Shown here in pieces: positions 42,167 to 52,296 of a stretch of 64,000 nucleotides of DNA. The first letter of the stretch is position 1; each line of letters starts with the position of its first letter. The notes beneath the pieces are model-generated. The model was not told the origin of the DNA. It saw only the letters and a list, made by a program, of their open reading frames with translations, and did not search any database. This DNA comes from Actinomycetota bacterium (lineage in GTDB: Bacteria; Actinomycetota; Aquicultoria; SURF-47). The position numbers and the translations under genes are program-made. Location: the NCBI GenBank assembly GCA_003599235.1, contig QZJE01000003.1, positions 3,779 to 67,778 on the forward strand, written 5' to 3'.

Positions 42167-43512
42167 GTTGCAGCTGTTATTTGCTCTTTTATTTGATTAA
42201 GCGTTTCTTTGAACTTTTCTCCGCGTTCTTTATAGCTTATAAACTGGTCGAAGCTGGCACAAGCGGGAGACAATAAAACAATATCTCCCCTTTTAGCAAT
42301 CTCTTTGGCCTTTAAGACAGCTTTTTCAAGAGTTACGCAAAAAGTAATTTCTGTGCATCCTTTAATATCCCTGCTAATCTGTTTTTTAGCTTCCCCGAAT
42401 AAGACTGCAGCTTTGACTTTATCTTTAATCAAAGAAGAAAGCTCTTTAAAATCTGAGCCTTTATTGCGTCCACCGGCTAACAAAACAACCGGCTTATGAA
42501 AACTATTTAGAGCACAGACGGTAGCATCCGGATTAGTAGCTTTTGAGTCATTATAATAATCTACCCCATCCATGGTAAGCACATATTCCATCCGATGAAG
42601 CAGTCCATTAAAACCAGTTAAAGCCTTTTGGATAGATTCAATTGAAGCACCTGCTAAATAAGCTGCTCCGCTAGCAGCTAAAGCATTAGCTATGTTGTGT
42701 TTGCCCATAATCTTTAAGTCTTCGCAGGCGCATATTTTATGCCCGGCAATAGATAAATAATTATCCTCGAATCCATATTCACTTGTCCCTTGAGAGCTAA
42801 AATACTTCTTTTGCGCTTTAATATTCGAAGCTACTTTTAACCCATACTCATCTTCCCTGTTAAGCAAGGCAAAACAATCAGGTGTCTGGTTTAAAAAAAG
42901 CTTAGCTTTATCTTTTAGGTAGTTATTAAGACTTAAGTGCCAATCCAGATGATCGGGAGCAATACCAAGCAACACAGCAATATCTAATTTTAACTTCTTA
43001 ATAAAATGCAGCTGAAAGCTACTGATTTCTAAAATGAGCACTTTGCCCTTTAATTGATCGGCAACATTGATATAAGGACTTCCAATATTGCCTGCAAGTT
43101 CGTAAGCTATACCAGCTTGCTCAAAAATAGCTTTGATAATATTTACCGTTGTTGTTTTGCCGTTTGTTCCTGTTACCCCGATTACCTTTAAATGGTTTGA
43201 TAGCTCATACGCTAACTCTACTTCACTAATTACAGGGATTCTGTGCTTTTTGGCCTCAACTAAAAAATGATTGTGAAAAGGAATCCCGGGGCTAGTAACA
43301 ATTAACTTTGCGTTCGTTAAATACTGGCTTCTAAGGCCACCTAAATGTACCTCAATTTCTTGATTCTGTAGTTCCTTGGATGCTTGCTTTAAGGCAGTGC
43401 TTCGGTTTGAATCTATTGCTGTAACTTCGGCTCCTAAGCTCTTAAGTTTTAGAGCAGCAGCTATACCGCTTAAACCAAGGCCAAGTACCAACACTTTTTT
43501 GCCTTGATACAT
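42163..43512 (-). CDS. murD: MurD ligase
   Basis: GTNGKTT, EISSFQL, NDSKATN, SPACASFD. Confidence 0.97.
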   Translation of the reverse strand: MYQGKKVLVLGLGLSGIAAALKLKSLGAEVTAIDSNRSTALKQASKELQNQEIEVHLGGLRSQYLTNAKLIVTSPGIPFHNHFLVEAKKHRIPVISEVELAYELSNHLKVIGVTGTNGKTTTVNIIKAIFEQAGIAYELAGNIGSPYINVADQLKGKVLILEISSFQLHFIKKLKLDIAVLLGIAPDHLDWHLSLNNYLKDKAKLFLNQTPDCFALLNREDEYGLKVASNIKAQKKYFSSQGTSEYGFEDNYLSIAGHKICACEDLKIMGKHNIANALAASGAAYLAGASIESIQKALTGFNGLLHRMEYVLTMDGVDYYNDSKATNPDATVCALNSFHKPVVLLAGGRNKGSDFKELSSLIKDKVKAAVLFGEAKKQISRDIKGCTEITFCVTLEKAVLKAKEIAKRGDIVLLSPACASFDQFISYKERGEKFKETLNQIKEQITAAT

Positions 43513-44522
43513 TATTTGCCTCCGGCTTTAAGAGCTGTAATGAAATACAGGGCAAACCCGGCTCCAGCCAAAAGGCCAGAGACTATCCAAAACCGAATCA
43601 TTACTTTGGTCTCCGACCAGCCTAATACCTCAAAATGATGATGGATTGGTGCCATTTTAAAAATACGCCGTTTCGTGTAGCGGTAAAAACCCACCTGAAT
43701 AATAACAGAGAGTGCTTCGATTACATAGATGCCACCGATTAGTATCAGCAGTGCTTCGGTTTTGGTCAATATTGCCATTGCGCAAAGAGCTCCTCCCAGG
43801 GCAAATGAACCGGTGTCTCCTAAAAATATCTCAGCCGGATAGGCGTTATACCACAAAAACCCGATTGACGCTCCGCTTGCTGCAGCTGCATACAATGCCA
43901 AATCTAGCCTACCCTGCTTAAAGGCAATACCTGCATAGGCTAGCAAAACAATTGTTATGGTACCGGCAGCTAACCCGTCTAATCCGTCAGCTAAATTCAC
44001 ACTGTTAGTAAATCCAGCAATAATTAAAAACAAGAAAGGAAAGTAAAGCCATCCGATATCGATAGCAGAAGCTGTCAGTGGAATATTGATTACAGTTGAT
44101 AAATTACCTGTTTTAAAAAATAAATAGCCGAAAACAACAGTAATTATAAAGGTGAGCAGCATTTTATAACGAGCTTTAAGCCCTAGTGAGCGGGCATTTA
44201 TTACCATCGTTATATCGTCAATAAAACCCAACATTCCGCAGGCAATCAATAAACCTAAAGCAAGCCCTCCTTTATATGTTTGAACGGCAGTTCCCCCTAA
44301 TAAATAATAGACAACCAATACACTGAAAATGATTATCAATCCGCCCATTGTCGGAGTTCCTTGTTTTACCAAATGTTCGGAGGGCCCGTCGGTTCTTACA
44401 ATTTGGCCGACTCTTTTTGATTTTTGAAACTTTATCCATAGAGGAGTAAAAGCAGCAGTCATAACTAATGCTAGCGCAGCCGTTAGGAAAATCCTGTATG
44501 TGGGATAGAAGCTCAGCGGCAT
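43512..44522 (-). CDS. mraY: Phospho-MurNAc-pentapeptide transferase
   Basis: TPTMGG, DGLDGL, MAPIHHHFE. Confidence 0.97.
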   Translation of the reverse strand: MPLSFYPTYRIFLTAALALVMTAAFTPLWIKFQKSKRVGQIVRTDGPSEHLVKQGTPTMGGLIIIFSVLVVYYLLGGTAVQTYKGGLALGLLIACGMLGFIDDITMVINARSLGLKARYKMLLTFIITVVFGYLFFKTGNLSTVINIPLTASAIDIGWLYFPFLFLIIAGFTNSVNLADGLDGLAAGTITIVLLAYAGIAFKQGRLDLALYAAAASGASIGFLWYNAYPAEIFLGDTGSFALGGALCAMAILTKTEALLILIGGIYVIEALSVIIQVGFYRYTKRRIFKMAPIHHHFEVLGWSETKVMIRFWIVSGLLAGAGFALYFITALKAGGK

Positions 44523-45901
44523 ATTTTTCCTTTATTTATTATATTCTCTAAATAATCAGTTATTTGCTCTAGCTCCATAGCCCTTGAACCTTTAATAAGA
44601 ATTACATCCCCAGGCTCAAGTATTGATTTAAGTGTATCAAAAGCTTGCTTTGGTTTGTTAAAACTAAAGATGTTTTTTGATGCAAAACCATTACGGCCGG
44701 CCCCGTCAGCTATTCGCATAGCATTGTCTCCAATAGTTATTAATATTTCTATCGGCTTTTTGGCAATCTCTTTGCCTACCTCAAAATGCAGGTAATCCGA
44801 AAAGTCGCCTAACTCTAGCATGTCTGCAACTACAGCAATACGCCTTTTAGCTTTATATACTGATAAAGCCTTTAAGCTAGCGGCCATTGAATCGGGGTTT
44901 GCATTATAGCAATCATTAATTAAAACAACGTCTGCTATCTCGATTACTTCCATCCTTTTTTTAGAATAAGTTGCATTTTTCAACCCTTTGCTGATATTTT
45001 CAGGTATTACCCCTAAATAATCTGCAACACCAATAGCCCCTAAAGCGTTACTAATATTGTGTTCTCCTGGAATCGATAGGGTTATAGGAATTGTTTTATC
45101 TTCTATTGAGCACAAAAATGAAGGTATTCCAAAATCATCAAAAATTATATCTTTTGCCGTTATATATGGCTTCTCAGATGAACCATAACCATATACTTTA
45201 GCCTTAGACTTCTCTGATAAAGCCTTATAATATTTGTCATCTGAATTAATAAAAGTTGCTCCCTTTTTATTAACACAATCCAGTAGCTCGGCTTTAGCTT
45301 TATACACGTCATCGATTGAGCCTAGTACCCCTATATGTGAATGACCGATGTTGGTTATCACCGCTATATCAGGGCTAGCCATTTCTGCCAACTCAGAAAT
45401 CTGGCCTGGGCCGCGCATTGCCATCTCTACAATTATTATCTGTGTTTTCTTACAAGCCCTAAGAAGGGTTAAGGCAACTCCTATTTCATTGTTATTATTT
45501 TCAGTAGATGCAACCGTAGCAAACTGTTGGCATAAAATAGAGCTCAGCATGTCTTTCAGTGTTGTTTTGCCTGTGCTTCCGGTTATAGCCACTACCTTAG
45601 CTTTTGATTTTTCCCTGTTTAAGGCAGCAATTTCTCCTAGGGCAACCAAAGTATCCTTAACTAATATTTGAGACATTTCAATATCCATTTTTTTAGATAC
45701 TACACAAGCGCTAGCTCCATTGCCCTGAGATTCTTTAACATAATCGTGACCGTTGAACTTTTCTCCCTTGATTGCTATAAAAAGATCGCCTGGGCTAACC
45801 AGCCGGCTATCTATTGCAACCTTATTTACCAGGATATCCTTTGCATTAATTATGCTAGCATTTGTTCTTTTGGCAATTTGGGCAAGACTAGTATTTATCA
45901 T
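44513..45901 (-). CDS. murF: MurF ligase
   Basis: GSTGKTT, DCYNANP, MLELG, KGSR. Confidence 0.96.
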   Translation of the reverse strand: MINTSLAQIAKRTNASIINAKDILVNKVAIDSRLVSPGDLFIAIKGEKFNGHDYVKESQGNGASACVVSKKMDIEMSQILVKDTLVALGEIAALNREKSKAKVVAITGSTGKTTLKDMLSSILCQQFATVASTENNNNEIGVALTLLRACKKTQIIIVEMAMRGPGQISELAEMASPDIAVITNIGHSHIGVLGSIDDVYKAKAELLDCVNKKGATFINSDDKYYKALSEKSKAKVYGYGSSEKPYITAKDIIFDDFGIPSFLCSIEDKTIPITLSIPGEHNISNALGAIGVADYLGVIPENISKGLKNATYSKKRMEVIEIADVVLINDCYNANPDSMAASLKALSVYKAKRRIAVVADMLELGDFSDYLHFEVGKEIAKKPIEILITIGDNAMRIADGAGRNGFASKNIFSFNKPKQAFDTLKSILEPGDVILIKGSRAMELEQITDYLENIINKGKICR

Positions 45902-47334
45902 CTGGATTTTAAATACTCCCTGGCTTCTTCTTGATCGCTAAAATGAACAGTTTTATCCTTAAATATCTGGTACTGCTCATGGCCTTTGCCTGCAATGATT
46001 ACTACGTCTTCTGCTTTGGCTGCATCAAGAGCTTTACGGATTGCTTTTCTTCTATCAGGCTCTATCTGATAATTATTATTTTCAAAGCCTTTAACTATAT
46101 CTTTAATTATGTCTTCTTTGTCCTCGCTTCTTGGGTTATCTGAGGTAATTATCGACATATCGCTTTTTTGGCATGCAACTCGTCCCATCACTTCTCGCTT
46201 AGCCTTATCCCTGTCTCCACCAGCTCCAAATACTAGTATTATGCGGCCATTGGTTGTTTGTTTAGCCGTATCAAGTATCTTTTCTAAGCCATCAGGAGTG
46301 TGGGCATAGTCAACAATTACCGAGAAATCCTGGCCTTCTTTGATGGATTCAAAGCGGCCGGGAACACTTTTTAGTAATTCCAAGCCCTTCTTGATGCTAT
46401 TTAAACTAACTTTTTGAGAAATTGCACACGCTGATGCCGCTAAACAATTGTAAACATTAAAATTACCGACTAAATTATTGCTAATTAAGACCTCTTGACC
46501 GCCAAAGCATAGTTTAAAAGAAGTTTTGTGAGGGCTTAAGTTGATTTCTTTAGCTAAGACCTCAGCATTATTTGTTATGGAATAATTTATCTGTGGATTT
46601 TTTGAAATCTGGGCTAATTTCTGTCCATATAAGTCATCGACATTAATATGGTCTTGCTGCCCATGGCTTTTACTAAATAACTTAAGCTTAGCCCGAAAGT
46701 AAGATTCCATGTCTTTATGGAAATCCAGGTGATCCTGGCTTAGGTTAGTAAAAACCATGGCAGAAAACTTAGTCCCATTTATACGTTGCATGCAAATTGC
46801 ATGAGAAGAAACTTCCATAACAGCTACTTGTACTTTATTATCAACCATACTTTTAAGTAATTTTTGAAGATCTGCAGACTCAGGTGTGGTATGGACAACA
46901 GGATAGCCGGTATCTCCAATAATATATTCTATGGTGCCGATTAAACCTGTTTTAAAACCTGCTTCTTTGAATATCTCTCTTACTAAATAGCTGGTAGTTG
47001 TTTTTCCATTAGTACCGGTTATTCCAATTAATATTAATTTTTTGCTGGGAAAATCATAAAAACGGTTTGCCAGTTTAGCCAAAGCAAGTCTAGCATTATC
47101 TACTTTAACCTGGATAATGTCTAAATCCCGATAATCCTCAACTACAGCCGCTAAAGCTCCTCTTTCTTTAGCTTCCAAAAGATAACGGTGACCGTCAAAT
47201 ATCGCCCCCTTTATACAAACAAACAAATCCCCAGGCTTTACCTTCCTGGAATCATAAGCAATTCCTGTAATTTCGATATCAGGGCTAGTGATATTCACTT
47301 TAGTTATATCTTGTATCAATCTAACTAATTTCAT
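45898..47334 (-). CDS. murE: MurE ligase (DNPR, meso-DAP type)
   Basis: TGTNGKTT, MEVSSH, DYAHTPD, DNPR, GKGHE. Confidence 0.97.
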   Translation of the reverse strand: MKLVRLIQDITKVNITSPDIEITGIAYDSRKVKPGDLFVCIKGAIFDGHRYLLEAKERGALAAVVEDYRDLDIIQVKVDNARLALAKLANRFYDFPSKKLILIGITGTNGKTTTSYLVREIFKEAGFKTGLIGTIEYIIGDTGYPVVHTTPESADLQKLLKSMVDNKVQVAVMEVSSHAICMQRINGTKFSAMVFTNLSQDHLDFHKDMESYFRAKLKLFSKSHGQQDHINVDDLYGQKLAQISKNPQINYSITNNAEVLAKEINLSPHKTSFKLCFGGQEVLISNNLVGNFNVYNCLAASACAISQKVSLNSIKKGLELLKSVPGRFESIKEGQDFSVIVDYAHTPDGLEKILDTAKQTTNGRIILVFGAGGDRDKAKREVMGRVACQKSDMSIITSDNPRSEDKEDIIKDIVKGFENNNYQIEPDRRKAIRKALDAAKAEDVVIIAGKGHEQYQIFKDKTVHFSDQEEAREYLKSR

Positions 47335-47396
47335 TTATCCTATTATACTCTCAACTCTCAACCCTTATCCCTCATCCCTGCGAGGCAATGCCCGAG

Positions 47397-49079
47397 CTAC
47401 TGCGGCGGTATTTTTAGCCTTTGTAAGCTAAACTCCACTACTTTCTGAAAAACAGGGGCAGCTACCGCTGAACCGTATATAGCTTTTGTCGGCTCGACTA
47501 TTACTACAACAGCTGCAATAGAAGCACTCTCAGCCGGAGCAAAACCGATAAAGGAAGCAATGTACCTGCCTTTGGCATATCCTTTGGCATTTTCATCAGG
47601 AACTTGAGCCGTACCAGTTTTACCCGCTACTTTATAGCCAGGGATAGCCGCAGTTTTTCCTGTGCCGTTAACAACTACATTTTCTAACATTTTTATCATT
47701 TCCCAAGAAGTACTTGGATTTATTACTTTTTTTGCTTTATGTTTAGTAATTTTTTTTGCTTGATTTGGTTTGATAATCTCTTTTACTAACGTAGGTTTAA
47801 TCAACTTACCTCCGTTAGCAATAACACAATAGCCCCTTATAAGCTGCATGGCAGTAACCGATATGCCTTGACCGAATGAAACCGTTGCAGTAGTAGGGCC
47901 GTACCACTGGCTGGTAGGAGGCAGGTATCCGGCTACTTCTCCCGGAAACTCAACCCCGGTTTTATATGTATAGCCAAATGATCTTAAGTACGAGTAGATA
48001 TTTTCTTTGCCTACCGCCAAGCCAACTTTGGACATTCCTACATTTGACGAATGAGCGATTATATCGGTTAAACTATAATTTACTGTTTGCCTTCCATGAG
48101 CTTCGCCAATAGTTGCCCCGGCAACTTGTAGAGTGGGAGGCAAATTAAACATTGAGGTTGGCTTAAAGATACCTAAATCTATGGAGGTGGCAGCAATAAA
48201 AGTTTTTAGGGTAGAGCCGGGCTCATATACATCCACTATTGCTGAATTTTTTGTAGCCGCTGCATCTACCTGACTGTACTTTGTGATATCGAAACTGGGC
48301 CAATTAGCAATTGCATAAATCTCACCGTCTTTGGGGTTCATAACAATTACCGACCCTTTTTTGGCGCCCCAATTTTTTACGGCGGCTTCGAGTTCCAATT
48401 GAGCTTTGTACTGGATTTCCCTGTCAATTGTTATGACAATATTTGAACCGTTTATCGGGCGCAAATATTCTTTAATCGTTCCCGGAATTGTTTGTCCAAG
48501 TGCATTTCTTTCATCGCTTGTTTTGCCTTGCCTGCCTCCGAGCAACTTATCATAGTACATCTCAAGCCCTGATAATCCTTTATTATCAGTGCCAACAAAA
48601 CCCAATACCTGACAAGCAACAGGCCCTGAGGGCCAAAACCGCTGTTGCTCCTCAATTGCTTCAATGCCGTCAATTTTTAATGCTTTTACCTTTTCTGCCG
48701 CCTTGTTTTCAATTTTTCTTGCCAGATAAACAAACCCTCTCTTTTGGGTTAGCTTGGAATATATCTCTTCGTAACTCTTGTTTAGTATCGGAGCTATTTT
48801 AGTTGCTGCAAGCGATGGTTTTTTAACCAAATAGGGAGTAGCAAATATGGTTTGTTTTTCAGTGCTTACCGCTAACTGCTGGTAATTACGGTCATAAATT
48901 GTACCTCTTTTGGCAAGCAATGGAATCTCGGTTACCCTTTGCAGGCGAGCTTGTCTGCTCAAATAAGAAGCCTGAAATACTTGAAGATAGATAAGTTTGC
49001 TAACAATTGCTAAAAAACAAAGGCTAACTAGAACAAATGTTATTTTAATACGACTGCTACTATTACTTTTACGAGGCAT
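47397..49079 (-). CDS. ftsI: Class B penicillin-binding protein FtsI
   Basis: STLK, SSN, KTG motifs. Confidence 0.93.
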   Translation of the reverse strand: MPRKSNSSSRIKITFVLVSLCFLAIVSKLIYLQVFQASYLSRQARLQRVTEIPLLAKRGTIYDRNYQQLAVSTEKQTIFATPYLVKKPSLAATKIAPILNKSYEEIYSKLTQKRGFVYLARKIENKAAEKVKALKIDGIEAIEEQQRFWPSGPVACQVLGFVGTDNKGLSGLEMYYDKLLGGRQGKTSDERNALGQTIPGTIKEYLRPINGSNIVITIDREIQYKAQLELEAAVKNWGAKKGSVIVMNPKDGEIYAIANWPSFDITKYSQVDAAATKNSAIVDVYEPGSTLKTFIAATSIDLGIFKPTSMFNLPPTLQVAGATIGEAHGRQTVNYSLTDIIAHSSNVGMSKVGLAVGKENIYSYLRSFGYTYKTGVEFPGEVAGYLPPTSQWYGPTTATVSFGQGISVTAMQLIRGYCVIANGGKLIKPTLVKEIIKPNQAKKITKHKAKKVINPSTSWEMIKMLENVVVNGTGKTAAIPGYKVAGKTGTAQVPDENAKGYAKGRYIASFIGFAPAESASIAAVVVIVEPTKAIYGSAVAAPVFQKVVEFSLQRLKIPPQ

Positions 49080-49141
49080 TATTTTTATTATACCTTCATT
49101 TATAACTAAATATCGAAAATAAACTTTTATTAGTGTTTAGA

Positions 49142-49537
49142 CTAGTGATTAAGGTAGGCTAGCTTGTTTTGAGGTTTGTTTTGTCCGTAGATTATGTAGC
49201 TTTTTGTCTTAGGACTTATCATTTTAAGCTTAGCAGTAGCAATTGATTCAATTCTGTTTGGTGATTTAAGTATCATCTTGGCAGTTGCTAATTCTTGCTG
49301 AGCCTGCTTGGCTTTCGATATTTCTACTTTTAACTCTTGGCTCTCAAGGCAGTACTGATTAAATAAAGCAAACTGGGCTACTTTTAAGCAACAAAGAGCA
49401 GCGATAACATAACTAGAGACAATAAATAGCTTAAAATATGATACTTTAACTTGCCTTTTTTGGCTTTTTTTAACTAGCCTTAAGTTTCTAGGTGTTCTTC
49501 TCGGTTTAGCTTGTCTCTTTAGGGATATTGCTGCCAT
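49142..49537 (-). CDS. ftsL: FtsL-like protein
   Basis: Single TM + coiled coil, SPNRIE.IA..L.M, between rsmH and ftsI. Confidence 0.75.
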   Translation of the reverse strand: MAAISLKRQAKPRRTPRNLRLVKKSQKRQVKVSYFKLFIVSSYVIAALCCLKVAQFALFNQYCLESQELKVEISKAKQAQQELATAKMILKSPNRIESIATAKLKMISPKTKSYIIYGQNKPQNKLAYLNH

Positions 49538-49547
49538 AATCTAGTTC

Positions 49548-50489
49548 CTATTTTTTTTTAGCTACCCTGAGCTTGGCACTTCTTGCTCTAGGATTTTCTT
49601 CTATCTCTTGTTTTGACGCAACTATTGGTTTTTTTGTAAGTATTTTTAAAACTGGTTGCTTTCTACAAACACAAACCGCAATTTCTTTTGGACAAATACA
49701 GCCTTTTTCATTTCCTTTAAAAATCTTTTTGACAATTCTGTCTTCTAACGAGTGGTAAGAAATAACTGCTATTCTTCCACCGCTAACAAGCCATTTGATG
49801 CAATCGTTAAGCCCCTTTTCAAGTGCTTTAAGCTCTGAATTAACCTCAATCCTTAGGGCCTGGAAAACTCTTTTGGCCGGATGCGGCCCGCTTCTTCTAG
49901 CGCCAGCCGGTATAGCGTCTTTGACAATTTCTACCAGTTCCTCGGTAGTCTCAATGGGCTTAGAGCTGCGCCGCTTAACAATAAAATATGCTATACGGCT
50001 GGCCCATTTTTCTTCCGAATAATCCCTAATAATCCGGCTTAACTTCTGTTTGGAATAGTTGTTTACTATATTCCTGGCACTAAGCCTGTTCCTTTTGTCC
50101 ATCCTCATATCCAGAGGACCTTTTTGTTTGTAGCTAAACCCTCTTTGGGCCTGATCTATTTGAGCCGAGGATACCCCTAAGTCGAAAAGGAACCCGTTAA
50201 CTTTGCCTACGCCAACTCTGCCTAGAAGTTCATCAAGATCGGCAAAGTTGCCTTGAATTAAAGAAAAATGCTGGCTGAAGTTTGATAGTTTGGTCTTTGC
50301 TGCGTCAATTGCTGCGATGTCTTTATCGATACCTACAATGAATCCGCTTGGTGCGATTTTTTCTAAAATAGCCCCTGCATGACCTGCCCCGCCTAAAGTA
50401 CAGTCAACAAAGGTGCCTTGGTTTTGGTACACAAGTTGCTCTAATACTTCAGCCAGCAAAACGGGCTTGTGCTTGTATTCCATTGTCAA
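49548..50489 (-). CDS. rsmH: 16S rRNA m4C1402 methyltransferase
   Basis: HKPVL, DCTLGGAGH, DLGVSS, LDMRM, SYHSLEDR. Confidence 0.98.
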   Translation of the reverse strand: MTMEYKHKPVLLAEVLEQLVYQNQGTFVDCTLGGAGHAGAILEKIAPSGFIVGIDKDIAAIDAAKTKLSNFSQHFSLIQGNFADLDELLGRVGVGKVNGFLFDLGVSSAQIDQAQRGFSYKQKGPLDMRMDKRNRLSARNIVNNYSKQKLSRIIRDYSEEKWASRIAYFIVKRRSSKPIETTEELVEIVKDAIPAGARRSGPHPAKRVFQALRIEVNSELKALEKGLNDCIKWLVSGGRIAVISYHSLEDRIVKKIFKGNEKGCICPKEIAVCVCRKQPVLKILTKKPIVASKQEIEENPRARSAKLRVAKKK

Positions 50490-50493
50490 TTTA

Positions 50494-50925
50494 CTAAAAG
50501 CCTAAATCGGCTAATTCTTCTGCAATCTCTGAGTAAGAACTGGCAGCCTCTTTCTCTACTTTCTCCCATTTTTCCTTACTCCATATCTCTAACCGGCTGC
50601 TAACTCCGATAACGATTATCTCTTTTTTAATTGAAGCCCATTGCCGCAAACTCTGGGGAACAACTACCCGGCCGCTTTTGTCTAAATCGTCCTCGCATGC
50701 TCCCCCAAATAAGAAACGAGAAAGGGTTCTGGCATCCTTTCTCAAAGTCCGTAATTGTCGGATTTGTTCTGAGAACTCCAGCCAACCGGTTTTTGAAAAA
50801 ACAAATAGACAGTTCTCAAAGCCTTTGGTAACAACCAATCCGTCTTCGAGAGCTTTTCTATATTTTGCTGGAATCGTAACCCTGCTTTTGTCATCTAATG
50901 TGTGCCTGTGTTCTCCTAAAAACAA
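50494..50925 (-). CDS. mraZ: Transcriptional regulator MraZ
   Basis: MFLGEHRHTLDDKSR, DKSGR, LEIW. Confidence 0.97.
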   Translation of the reverse strand: MFLGEHRHTLDDKSRVTIPAKYRKALEDGLVVTKGFENCLFVFSKTGWLEFSEQIRQLRTLRKDARTLSRFLFGGACEDDLDKSGRVVVPQSLRQWASIKKEIIVIGVSSRLEIWSKEKWEKVEKEAASSYSEIAEELADLGF

Positions 50926-50950
50926 ATCTTCTCCCCCAGCACTTGCTAAT

Positions 50951-50990
50951 TTCTACCCATTCTATCCCACTTTACCCCACTTTGCAACAT
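50951..50990 (-). promoter_or_regulatory. MraZ operator repeats
   Basis: 10-bp period GTGGGGTAAA GTGGGATAGA ATGGGTAGAA upstream of mraZ. Confidence 0.85.
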
Positions 50991-51032
50991 TTTTTTATAA
51001 TTTTTTTTGCAAATCAAATCCAAGCCATTCAA

Positions 51033-51093
51033 GTGGGGACGGTTCTTAGTGATAACTCAACTACCAGGCATTTATCTAAAGAACCGTCCCCAC
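51033..51093. repeat. GGGGACGGTTCT palindromic element
   Basis: Perfect 15-bp IR GTGGGGACGGTTCTT/AAGAACCGTCCCCAC; related GGGGACAGTCCCC at 41032-41044. Confidence 0.75.
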
Positions 51094-51116
51094 ACCCCCT
51101 CTACTTACTAACCAAA

Positions 51117-51265
51117 AAGGATTGGGGTATTATTTCGTAAAGTATCTCGAGGCTTAAGCGGGCATGGTTCGCCGACTTAAGGAGGCGGGAGCGTAGCCGA
51201 GAGTTAAGCGGCATTTTCCGCGCTGGGGAAAATCCGCGGCTTGGAGAAATAATGCACCAATCCTT
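51117..51265. other. ~150-nt structured element with long terminal inverted repeat (MITE-like or ncRNA)
   Basis: AAGGATTGG-G-GTATTATTTC pairs with GAAATAATGC-A-CCAATCCTT; internal hairpins. Confidence 0.55.
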
Positions 51266-51274
51266 AAGTCTTAA

Positions 51275-51307
51275 GATTGCCACGGCCCTTCAGGCCTCGC
51301 AATGACG
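51275..51307. repeat. Half copy of GTCATTGCGAG repeat
   Basis: GATTGCCACGGCCCTTCAGGCCTCGCAATGACG. Confidence 0.8.
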
Positions 51308-51316
51308 AATGTCAAT

Positions 51317-51344
51317 AAAAAAAGGCCTCATAACGAGGCCTTTT
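51317..51344 (-). terminator. rnpB terminator
   Basis: AAAAGGCCTC..GAGGCCTTTTTTT. Confidence 0.85.
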
Positions 51345-51348
51345 AGAT

Positions 51349-51703
51349 GAGCAAACTATAAGCCGGATTCTGTACTCTAACAAGCAGAGTGGCAATCATC
51401 TATCTAAGCGATCTACCCGAAGCCTAAAAGACGGGCCGCCCATAGCTTCTTCTTGATCTTGCTCCAAGAGGGGTTTACCAAGCCCCCGCATTACTACGAG
51501 GCTGGTGAGCTCTTACCTCACCGTTTCAGCTCTCCTCCGAAAAAATCGGGGGGTTTTCTTTTCTGTGGCACTTTCCCAGAATCACTTCTGCCCGGCCGCC
51601 TAACTACCAAAGTATCTAAGCGACGGGCTCCCTGCCCTGTGGAGTCCGGACTTTCCTCCCCGCATCTATTTTAAAATAGTGCGAAACGACTGCCCGTTTA
51701 CTC
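51349..51703 (-). ncRNA. rnpB: RNase P RNA (bacterial type A)
   Basis: GAGGAAAGTCCGGACTCC, GAAAGTGCCACAGAAA, GGTAAACCCC, ACAGAATCCGGCTTA; P1 GAGTAAAC/GTTTGCTC. Confidence 0.97.
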
Positions 51704-51846
51704 AAATTAATTTTAACAAATTTTTTTTAACAATGTGTTTATTTTCCACAAGTATTGGTAAAAATACTTAAGTCCGGGGAGGATAAGCTATTTGAAAGGG
51801 CGTATGCCTAAGTAAAATGGCACTATATTCTCTTCGGACGTTTTAA

Positions 51847-52296
51847 TTAAAATAGCTTGTCTTGACAATACAGGAAATCAAATGTCTTTATCTGCCTTTT
51901 CCCATCGGTAAACTCATCAATTGCCGTATTAGCCATTTTGTCGGCTTTTTTATTGTTTTCCCTGTAAGTGTGGCTAATTGTGAAGTAATCGAATAATTTC
52001 GTTAGCTCTTTTACCCTTGCGTGAAGCGTTTTTAAATTATCCTTTTTTATTTTAAAATCGCCCTTAATCTGGCTTACTAGTAATAAGCTGTCTGAGAAAA
52101 CCTTAAGTTTTTTGGTATGTTTTGAAGCTTCTTCAAGCCCGTAGATTAAAGCTAAATATTCAGCCTCGTTATTGGTTTTCTCTCCTAAATATTCACAGCC
52201 TTGATAAACAACATTGTCATTGTCTAATAAAATAACTCCTATGCCTGCCGGGCCGGGATTGCCCCTGGAAGCGCCATCGGTGTATAAAGTCATCAA
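51847..52296 (-). CDS. rnhA: Ribonuclease HI
   Basis: DGASRGNPG, TNNEAEY, DS, N..AD. Confidence 0.93.
   Translation of the reverse strand: MMTLYTDGASRGNPGPAGIGVILLDNDNVVYQGCEYLGEKTNNEAEYLALIYGLEEASKHTKKLKVFSDSLLLVSQIKGDFKIKKDNLKTLHARVKELTKLFDYFTISHTYRENNKKADKMANTAIDEFTDGKRQIKTFDFLYCQDKLF

Noticed and set aside
51101..51674. ORFs 51101-51283 and 51453-51674
   Set aside because: Overlap palindromic elements and RNase P RNA; no RBS or recognisable protein features
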